Source: Myxococcota bacterium (GTDB lineage: Bacteria > Myxococcota_A > UBA9160 > SMWR01). From it: a stretch of 64,000 nt of DNA. Every line of letters starts with the position of its first letter. Positions within the stretch are counted from its first letter, which is position 1. Under the pieces are notes generated by a model. The model searched no databases. It was not told where the DNA came from and saw nothing but the letters and a program-made list of their open reading frames with translations. The stretch covers positions 15,930-79,929 of the forward strand of contig DATBRV010000011.1 of assembly GCA_036560145.1 (NCBI GenBank), given 5' to 3'. Shown in pieces: positions 10,101 through 15,333 of the stretch. The position numbers and the translations under genes were made by a program.

Positions 10101-11625
10101 CGGCTCGGGGCTCTCCGATCCGGAGTACTGCATCGCGACGTTCCCGGTGAACGTCGAGGAGGGAAAGGTGTACGTCAAGCTGCCGCCCGCGACGGTGCTG
10201 GCCCGGCTGCTCACCAGCGCCGCCTGCCTGCTCCTGCTGCTGCTCGCTCCCGGCGCCGGTCGCGCCGAGGATGGGGACGGCTTCTTCGCGTCGCCCTCGC
10301 TCTACTGGCAGTCGGGCGACCATCGGATCGACCTCGGCGCGAGCGTCCGCGCCCGCGGCGAGGGCTGGGACGCCTTCGCCGACGACACCGATTGGTACTC
10401 GGGGATCCGCACGCGCGTCCGCATGCAGTACGCCTTCAAGGAGAGGTTCATCGTCGCAGGCGAGTTCCAGGACGTGCGCCTCAACAGCATGAACGCGAAC
10501 GGCACGGGCGCGCTCGCGAATTATCGCAACGCGAACAAGGGCGGGGACAGCGCCCACGGCGACGACCTGCGCTCGCTCTACGTCGAAGGCCGGCTCCCGG
10601 ATTGGGGCTTCCTGCGCGTCGGGCGCCAGGATGTGAAGCTCGGACAGGAGGTGCTCTACCCGGAGCCCAACTGGCGCTATCTCAAGATGGCGCGCCTGGG
10701 CGAGCGGCTGGTCGGGACCGTCGGCTGGAGCCACGTCGAGCGCGCCTACGACGGCTTCGCGGGCGCCATCGAGCGCGGCGGCGTGCAGCTCTACGGCTTC
10801 GGCGCGCGGCCCACGACCGGCGTCTTCGAGGCCGAGGATGCGTACTCGGACTTCAGCGACATCACCGTCGGCGGCGCGACGCTCACCGTGAAGCGCGGCA
10901 CGCTGCTCGAGGCGAGCGAGATCGGCGTCTTCGGGCTCGGCTACCACGACGACCGGTCGATCTCGGGCGGCGGTCTTCCGGGCGACGTCGAGATCGGAAC
11001 CTTCGGCGCGCACTGGCTCGGCGTCTACCCGCTCGGCCCCGGCAACGCGGACGTACTCCTATGGGGCGCCGGTCAGTTCGGCGAATACAACGGGCTCGAC
11101 CATGCGGCGGGCGCCGGAATCGTCGAGGTCGGCTACCAGCTCCCGAATCTCTTCGCGAAGCCGTGGTTGCGCCTCGGCGTAAACGTCGCCTCCGGCGACG
11201 GCGACTCCGGCGACGGAGACCACACGACGTTCTTCAACATGCTCCCCACCAACCATCTCTACTACGGCTTCGCCGATCAGCTCTCGTTCCAGAATCTGAC
11301 GAACCCATTCGTGCAGCTCCGGCTGGCGCCGCACCCGATGCTCGCGATCAACTTCTTCGTACACTGGTTCGAGCTCACGAACTCGAACGACATGCGCTAT
11401 GCCGGGACCGGCGCGTATGACAAGTCCAGCTTCGGGTTCCCGGCGTTCCCGTCGGGCGGGCGCCACCACGTCGGCGTCGAGTACGACGTGGTCGCGACCT
11501 TCACACCGCACCGGACCACGACGATCGAGGTCGGCTTCTCGCACCTCGACGGGGGCGCCATGTTCAGCGCAGCCCCGTCGCGCGACGTCCAGTTCATCTA
11601 CACGTCGCTCGAGCTTCGCTACTGA
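5020..11625 (+). CDS. Stop-free 2,201-codon ORF: assimilatory nitrate reductase (NasA), BFD [2Fe-2S] domain, NAD(P)H nitrite reductase large subunit (NirB), Rieske small subunit (NirD), then a signal peptide and alginate-export-type beta-barrel porin
   Basis: A single frame runs from ATG 5020 (overlapping the previous stop) to TGA 11625 with no in-frame stop. Module-by-module motifs are given in the sub-features below. Confidence 0.85.
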   Translation: MSEALRETRSVCSFCGVGCGVIVTSQGDRMVGVRGDPDHPANRGALCTKGLALHEMVSGDDRLRAPLGRRVKGGPLERLSWEAAEDRLAGALREALRARGPDAIGLYLSGQLLTEDYYALNKLAKGFLGTNHVDSNSRLCMSSAVSAYQRAFGVDGPPTCYEDLDHADLYLVVGANMAWCHPVLFRRLETARASRRPAPRLIVLDPRRTATAGVADLHVALRPGSDGVFLTAVLAELWRRGRLDDAYVDAHTENFEALEAVLPDFGPERVERDCGISQATLASVVDWWADAGAALSLWAMGVNQSAHGTDTANALINLHLASGQIGRPGSGPFSLTGQPNAMGGREVGAMATMLSAHRDLASERDRLDLASFWGSGPIGATPGRTAVELFDHAADGGLDVLWIVATNPAVTLPDQASVRRALERTPLVVLQDVVGGTDTARYADLLLPAAGWGEKSGTMTNSERCVSRLNAAVPPPGEARPDWMIAAAIAARMGFGHAFAWRSETDIWREHTATTAGRDCDMLGMTAERLASSPLRWPCPDASHPGTLRLYGDGRFQTPSGRARFVVPRRLRVAEAPSAGTPIALTTGRVRDQWHTMTKTGRVARLLGHSPVPEIELSPADAARLGIGDGDLVRVTASRGGFTMPARITDALPEGVAFAPMHWSDATAEDALVNGALAPQIDPHSKQPELKHVPVRVERLAGKAAPAGDTAGARTLCVCREVTFDSVQTALAQGAAGVGSVGRRTGAGMGCGSCVPEIAGLLRRAPAAPGRERLVVIGNGMVGHRFVESLVEHGGAERYQVVVLGEEPRPAYDRVHLSDLFSGRTPADLALACAEEYLADGVELRVGARVMAIDRDDRSVLTSDGERIPYDALVLATGSSPFVPPIPGTEKRGVFVYRTIEDVEAIRAAAAGARTGIVIGGGLLGLEAAKALRDLGLETHVVEAAARLMPRQLDAAGSAALVRRIEALGVRVHLATAIEQVLGDDRATGLLLAGRKQLAAELIAISAGIRPRDELAVACGLARAERGGVAVDDELRTSDPRIFAIGEVASHRGMVYGLAAPGYAMADTLAWNFASEPAAEARRFEGADLSTQLKLLGVDVASLGDPFAGGESATAVVFQDLRRDRYAKLVISDDGRRLAGGILVGDVSQYARLLQLAREGRELPESTDELLFGTRASEAVDASDAAQVCSCNNVSRGSLRGAIRENALDTIAAVKKATKAGTGCGGCLPIVTQILNAELAAAGRAGENHLCEHFAYTRQELFQIVKITGSRSFEALLASHGRGAGCEICKPAVASILASLWNEPILGQDTIQDSNDRFLGNIQRGGTYSVVPRVPGGEITPEKLVVLGQVASRFSLYCKITGGQRIDLLGARVEQLPDIWKELVEAGFESGHAYGKAMRTVKSCVGTTWCRYGVQDSTGLAIRIEERYRGIRAPHKLKAAVSGCIRECAEAQSKDFGVIATERGWNLYVCGNGGSKPRHAELLAADLDEPTLVRFIDRFLMYYIQTADRLTRTARWLETLPGGVDYLRKVVVDDHLGVAAELESQVQHLVDTYACEWKQVVESPELQKRFRHFANASEPDDTLSFVEERGQRRPADWAKPVACAPPDPEALAEDSSWVPLASVDEVPADGGVAVRYGDVQLAVFHVAAHDAWYATQNRCPHTGDMVLGRGIVGDQGGRAKVACPQHKKTFDLETGSGLSDPEYCIATFPVNVEEGKVYVKLPPATVLARLLTSAACLLLLLLAPGAGRAEDGDGFFASPSLYWQSGDHRIDLGASVRARGEGWDAFADDTDWYSGIRTRVRMQYAFKERFIVAGEFQDVRLNSMNANGTGALANYRNANKGGDSAHGDDLRSLYVEGRLPDWGFLRVGRQDVKLGQEVLYPEPNWRYLKMARLGERLVGTVGWSHVERAYDGFAGAIERGGVQLYGFGARPTTGVFEAEDAYSDFSDITVGGATLTVKRGTLLEASEIGVFGLGYHDDRSISGGGLPGDVEIGTFGAHWLGVYPLGPGNADVLLWGAGQFGEYNGLDHAAGAGIVEVGYQLPNLFAKPWLRLGVNVASGDGDSGDGDHTTFFNMLPTNHLYYGFADQLSFQNLTNPFVQLRLAPHPMLAINFFVHWFELTNSNDMRYAGTGAYDKSSFGFPAFPSGGRHHVGVEYDVVATFTPHRTTTIEVGFSHLDGGAMFSAAPSRDVQFIYTSLELRY
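7162..7306 (+). other. BFD-like [2Fe-2S] domain linking the NasA and NirB modules
   Basis: TLCVCREVTFDSV...GAGMGCGSCVPEI shows the CxC...CxxC pattern. Confidence 0.8.
7336..9810 (+). other. nirB: NirB module: FAD/NAD(P)H, 2Fe-2S and siroheme-4Fe-4S nitrite reductase large subunit
   Basis: RLVVIGNGMVGHRF, EEPRPAYDRVHLS, YRTIEDVEAI, ICSCNNVSRG, KAGTGCGGCLP, CVGTTWCRYG and SGCIRECAEAQ are near-colinear with E. coli NirB as I remember it. No start codon precedes the Rossmann fold. Confidence 0.9.
9865..10182 (+). other. nirD: NirD module: Rieske-type nitrite reductase small subunit
   Basis: SWVPLASVDEVPADGGVAVRYGDVQLAVFH..NRCPHTGDMVLGRGIVGD..VACPQHKKTFDLETG..VEEGKVYVKL. It joins NirB through a Pro/Ala linker with no stop or start codon. 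Confidence 0.85.
10195..11625 (+). CDS. Alginate-export-family outer-membrane porin, a possible independent translation unit from an internal GTG (alternative GTG at 10168 behind GAGGAGGGA)
   Basis: GTG 10195 would give M-LARLLTSAACLLLLLLAPGAGRA/EDG, a canonical signal peptide. The body has alternating beta-strand character and the C-terminal residue is aromatic (..SLELRY), as in OMP beta-signals. Confidence 0.6.
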   Translation: MLARLLTSAACLLLLLLAPGAGRAEDGDGFFASPSLYWQSGDHRIDLGASVRARGEGWDAFADDTDWYSGIRTRVRMQYAFKERFIVAGEFQDVRLNSMNANGTGALANYRNANKGGDSAHGDDLRSLYVEGRLPDWGFLRVGRQDVKLGQEVLYPEPNWRYLKMARLGERLVGTVGWSHVERAYDGFAGAIERGGVQLYGFGARPTTGVFEAEDAYSDFSDITVGGATLTVKRGTLLEASEIGVFGLGYHDDRSISGGGLPGDVEIGTFGAHWLGVYPLGPGNADVLLWGAGQFGEYNGLDHAAGAGIVEVGYQLPNLFAKPWLRLGVNVASGDGDSGDGDHTTFFNMLPTNHLYYGFADQLSFQNLTNPFVQLRLAPHPMLAINFFVHWFELTNSNDMRYAGTGAYDKSSFGFPAFPSGGRHHVGVEYDVVATFTPHRTTTIEVGFSHLDGGAMFSAAPSRDVQFIYTSLELRY

Positions 11626-11664
11626 GGCAGAACCGGTGCGCGCCTTCCGCCGGAGTTCCGAGGT

Positions 11665-12288
11665 TCACGGCAGATAGGTTCCCAGGTAGCCCTTCACGAG
11701 GCGCTGGGTCTCCTCGACCAGCGCCTCGAAGTCGGGGCGCTCGTCGACCAGCGCGCGGTCCTGGAGCGCGTTGCCGGCCGTCACCACGGTGCGGCAGATC
11801 TCGAGCGCCTTGGCGCGCGAGATCCCGGCGCGGCCGAAGGCCGGATGCAGCGACATCAGGTCCGCGACGCGCTCGTTCGAGGCCGCCGTGACCTCCGCGA
11901 ACTCGGCCGTGAAGCGGATCGTGCGGAGCAGGGTCCGGTAGTCGGGCGACGCGCCGAAGAAGCCGACGGTCGCGCTCACGGTGCGGTCCACCGCCTCGCG
12001 CCAGGCAAGCCCCCGGCATTCGGCGAGCTGGCGCGCGGTCTCGCTGTCGGCTTCGTCCATCACGGTCTCGGCCACCGCGAGCAGCAGCGCGTTCTTGCTC
12101 GAGAAATACTGATAGACGGAGCCCACAGGAACGCCGGCGCGCTCCGCGATTCCCTCGATCGTGATCTCGGCGACCGGCTGCGCCTCCAGCTCGCGGCGGG
12201 CCGCGTCGAGGATCCGCTCGACCCGCTCGCGCGCGCGCGCCTGCTTGGGGATCCGCCGCCGCGGGCCCTCGGTGTCCGGTGCGCTCAC
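11665..12288 (-). CDS. TetR/AcrR family transcriptional regulator
   Basis: N-terminal HTH segment ERILDAARRELEAQPVAEITIEGIAERAGVPVGSVYQYFSSKNALL. GTG start at 12288. Confidence 0.9.
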   Translation of the reverse strand: MSAPDTEGPRRRIPKQARARERVERILDAARRELEAQPVAEITIEGIAERAGVPVGSVYQYFSSKNALLLAVAETVMDEADSETARQLAECRGLAWREAVDRTVSATVGFFGASPDYRTLLRTIRFTAEFAEVTAASNERVADLMSLHPAFGRAGISRAKALEICRTVVTAGNALQDRALVDERPDFEALVEETQRLVKGYLGTYLP

Positions 12289-12306
12289 GCCGTTGCTCCT
12301 CCGGCC

Positions 12307-12327
12307 GGAATCAGTCTACTTGATCCC
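12307..12327. promoter_or_regulatory. Imperfect inverted repeat in the TetR / downstream-gene divergent region (candidate TetR operator)
   Basis: GGAATCA-gtctact-TGATCCC (7-bp arms, 1 mismatch), nested inside CCGGAA...TTCCGG (12305-12343). Confidence 0.25.
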
Positions 12328-12355
12328 GCCGGCCGCTTCCGGATATGGTCGCGCG

Positions 12356-13012
12356 ATGCGCCCCCGCCCGTTTCGGACGCTGCTGATCGCCCTCCTCGCC
12401 GCGCTCGCGGCGATCCTCTGGTTCCGCTGGATGGCCTCCGCACCCGCGGATCCGCCGGCCGCGCCGCCTCCCTCCGACACGAACGTCGGTGGCGCGGCGG
12501 CTCCGGCTCCCGCGCGCGAGGAGGAGCCCGAGCCCCCCGCCGCGGCGCCGGATCCGGCTGCCGGCGAACTCGGCTCGGCGTGGGCTTCCGTGGATCTGGA
12601 GGAGATCCGCCGCGTGATGCCCGACAACCTGTACTGGCAGGTCGCGATGCCGACCGAGGACGCCCGCGTGCTCCGGGACCGCGAGGACGAGCGCGCTCGC
12701 TGGAACGTCGAGTACGGGAAGGTGCTGTCCGGAAACGCCAGCGAAGCGGAGATCATGGCGTACTACGCGCATCGGCAGCGGCTCTCGGCCGACTACGTCG
12801 AGTTCACCAGCTACGTGCTCGACCAGCACGGCGACGATCTCTCCGAGCAGGATGTCGAGCTGCTCGAGCTGGCCCGGCGCCTGCACCTGGCGCGTCTCGA
12901 GGAATACCCGCGCCAGCAGCAGGAGGCCTTCGACCGCAAGCGAAAGCAGGACCAGGCGCGCGCGGACTGGCTCGCCGACCAGGAGGCGTTCGGCGAGAAG
13001 GCGCCGCAATGA
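12356..13012 (+). CDS. Membrane-anchored helical protein with a Pro/Ala-rich linker (lipase-foldase-like architecture, function unknown)
   Basis: An internal ATG at 12356 gives MRPRPFRTLLIALLAALAAILWF (TM), then a ~45-aa P/A/E linker and a ~130-aa charged helical domain. The canonical Lif motif RxxFDY(F/C)L(S/T)A was not seen. Confidence 0.6.
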   Translation: MRPRPFRTLLIALLAALAAILWFRWMASAPADPPAAPPPSDTNVGGAAAPAPAREEEPEPPAAAPDPAAGELGSAWASVDLEEIRRVMPDNLYWQVAMPTEDARVLRDREDERARWNVEYGKVLSGNASEAEIMAYYAHRQRLSADYVEFTSYVLDQHGDDLSEQDVELLELARRLHLARLEEYPRQQQEAFDRKRKQDQARADWLADQEAFGEKAPQ

Positions 13013-13314
13013 ACGTGACTGGCGTTCATCTTTCCGGTGGGCGGGTACGGAGAGCGCGGCCGTCCGGGCTTTCGGCGCCGCACGGTGTCGCGAACACAAC
13101 CGTTCGAGATCGTTGAAGGAATCCGGCTGGCGCCGCCAGCTCTCGCTCCCCGCAGGGATCGAGAGCCGGCGCCCGGTCCTACGGGTTTCTAACTTTTTTT
13201 GTTGAACTCGGATCACGTTTCGTGCTCCACTCGGCCGACGTCGGCTTGGTGTCACACGCCGTGCGGCGTGCGGGTCCACCGGGCCGGATTGAGGGCCGAG
13301 GGGGAGGGCGCACG

Positions 13315-14616
13315 ATGAACCGGAAGACATTTGCGAGCCTCGCGATCGCGTTGCTGATCAGCGCGTGGCCGATCACGACGGCGCTCGCGATCGGGATCGA
13401 GGACGTCGTCGACGGCGGGAACAGCTACGCGTGGCAGGAAGTGCGGCTGCCCGGCACGATGTGCGGGAACGGCTCGCAGTACAAGTTCTACGTCTACGAC
13501 AGTCCCACATCGAACAATCTCCTGCTCTACTTCGAGGGCGGCGGCGCCTGCTGGGACTACCCGTCCTGCAGCGGACAGGCCGGCATCCTCGGCGCGGCGC
13601 ATCCGAACGGGATCCCCGACAACTACATCGCCGAGTTCCAGCCGCAGTACGTCTCGCCGCTGGTCAACGGCGCCGACCCGGGCATTCCCGGCCGAGCCAA
13701 GAAGGACATCGCCACCAAGGGCTACGACGTGGTGTACATGCCGTATTGCACGGGCGACGTGCACGTCGGAAACAACGTGGTCACCTACACGGATCCGGCC
13801 GGTGTGAATCCGCCCGTCACCTGGCGGCACGTCGGCTACAACAACACCCGCGCGGCCCTCGACTACCTGCACACCCGCTTCCCGACCGTCGGCAAGCTGC
13901 TGGTGAGCGGGTTCAGCGCCGGCGGCACCGCCACCAACGCCGTCTACTACCAGGCCCGGCGCACGCTCCTGCCCACCGTGAAGGGCTACATGCTGAACGA
14001 TTCCGGGCCGATCTTCCCGGCGCCCAACGCCACCTACAAGTCGCGCCCCCTGCACCAGCTGATCACCAGCCAGTGGGCGCTGGCTTCGCTCTACGCGCAG
14101 CTTCCCGCGACCTTCAACCCGAACGATTTCGGAAGCGTCACGGCCATGCTGGCGGGCGAGTTCCCGAACGACCGGCTGGCGTACACGGGCTACTCGAGCG
14201 ATTACAACTACTCCCGGTTCTCGTACGAGCGCTTCTATCCGGGGATCTCGCAGGCGACGGTGCTCGCGTACTGGCGGCAGGACCAGACGAATCTCGTCAA
14301 CGTGATGAAGAACTACCCCAACTACAGCTACCACATCCCGTGGCACCGCCCGATCAACGACAGCCACTGCTCGTCGATCATCACCTTCATCGGGAGCCAC
14401 GCCTGCTCGAGCATCCGGAAGAAGTACTGGTACGAGATCCCCTGGCCGCAGTCCTGGAAGTGCACGGGCACCTTCCGGCCCTTCGAGACCTTCCTCTCGA
14501 ACTGGCTGAACGGAAACCTTCAGCAGCGGATCGTCGAGACGGAGAACTACTACAACAACGAAGATCTGGGCATGCAGATCGTGGCGCCGCTGATCAACGA
14601 CGCCATCAGCGGGTAG
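13315..14616 (+). CDS. Secreted pectin-acetylesterase/Notum-family serine esterase
   Basis: GAGGGGGAGGG lies upstream of ATG 13315. Signal peptide MNRKTFASLAIALLISAWPITTALA; motifs YFEGGGACWDYPSC, YMPYCTGDVHVG and nucleophile motif SGFSAGG. G+C is visibly lower than in neighbouring genes. Confidence 0.8.
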   Translation: MNRKTFASLAIALLISAWPITTALAIGIEDVVDGGNSYAWQEVRLPGTMCGNGSQYKFYVYDSPTSNNLLLYFEGGGACWDYPSCSGQAGILGAAHPNGIPDNYIAEFQPQYVSPLVNGADPGIPGRAKKDIATKGYDVVYMPYCTGDVHVGNNVVTYTDPAGVNPPVTWRHVGYNNTRAALDYLHTRFPTVGKLLVSGFSAGGTATNAVYYQARRTLLPTVKGYMLNDSGPIFPAPNATYKSRPLHQLITSQWALASLYAQLPATFNPNDFGSVTAMLAGEFPNDRLAYTGYSSDYNYSRFSYERFYPGISQATVLAYWRQDQTNLVNVMKNYPNYSYHIPWHRPINDSHCSSIITFIGSHACSSIRKKYWYEIPWPQSWKCTGTFRPFETFLSNWLNGNLQQRIVETENYYNNEDLGMQIVAPLINDAISG

Positions 14617-14641
14617 GCGCGCGAACCGATCTGCGGAAGCC

Positions 14642-15301
14642 GTGCGTGCCTTCGGGCTCTTCGCAATCGTCGTCGTGTCGCTGACGCTCGCCGGGGTGGG
14701 CTCCCCCGGCGAGCCTCTCGCTCCGGCGCCCTTCACGCTCGAGCAGCGCTTCCTCGAGGCGGCCCGGCAGGGCGATCTCGCCACGCTCGAGAAGGCGCTC
14801 GCGCGCGGCGTCCCCATCCAGTCGAGGGACGACCTCGGCCGCAACGCGCTGCTGCTCGCGGCGCGCGACGCGGGGAGCCTCGAGGTGGTGCGCTTCCTGC
14901 GCGCCAAAGGAGTCGCGGTCGATGCGCCCGACCTGGGCGGCCGAGCGGCGATCAGCTGGGCCGCCGGCGAAGGGCGGATCGCGATCGTGCGCGAGCTGGC
15001 GGGGGCGGGCGCGCAGATCGACCGGCGCGACGTGGACGGACGCACGCCCTGCTTCCAGGCCGTGCTCGGCGATCACCGGGAGGTGGTGGTGTTCCTGCTG
15101 GATGCCGGAGCCGACGTGAACGCCGCCGATCGCTTCCGGGACACGCCGCTGATGCAGGCCTGCGCCAAGGGCTTCGATGCCATGGCGGCGCTCCTGCTCC
15201 AGCGCGGAGCCGATCCGGCGCTGAAGGATCAGGAAGGCCGGACCGCGCGCGATCGCGCCGCCAAGGGAGCCGACGCCTGCCTGGGACCGCGCTCGCTGTA
15301 G
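14642..15301 (+). CDS. Periplasmic ankyrin-repeat protein
   Basis: A signal-like N-terminus is followed by about 5 ANK repeats (GRNALLLAARDAGSLEVVRFLRAKGVAVD, GRTPCFQAVLGDHREVVVFLLDAGADVN, DTPLMQACAKG..). Confidence 0.85.
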   Translation: MRAFGLFAIVVVSLTLAGVGSPGEPLAPAPFTLEQRFLEAARQGDLATLEKALARGVPIQSRDDLGRNALLLAARDAGSLEVVRFLRAKGVAVDAPDLGGRAAISWAAGEGRIAIVRELAGAGAQIDRRDVDGRTPCFQAVLGDHREVVVFLLDAGADVNAADRFRDTPLMQACAKGFDAMAALLLQRGADPALKDQEGRTARDRAAKGADACLGPRSL

Positions 15302-15333
15302 GCCCTGCGCAGCGCGGCTCGCTCGGGGCGCGC

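Noticed and set aside
4915-11013. A 2,032-aa ORF on the minus strand, exactly antisense to the nasA-nirBD-porin ORF.
   Set aside because: Its translation is Arg/Ala/Gly/Pro-rich low-complexity sequence with no recognisable motif. In ~70% G+C DNA the antisense frame of a real gene rarely contains stops, because TTA, CTA and TCA codons are rare on the sense strand. It is a shadow ORF.
12356-13012. Calling this gene a bona fide lipase-specific foldase (Lif).
   Set aside because: Only the architecture (TM, Pro/Ala linker, helical domain) matches. The conserved Lif motif RxxFDY(F/C)L(S/T)A is absent and the protein is shorter than typical Lif proteins. It is kept as 'foldase-like, unknown function'.
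13009-13116. A 36-codon ORF (MNVTGVHLSGGRVRR...) overlapping the foldase-like gene's stop (ATGA).
   Set aside because: It has no SD and an Arg/Gly-rich composition typical of non-coding high-GC DNA. It is the tail of shadow ORF 11845..13116.
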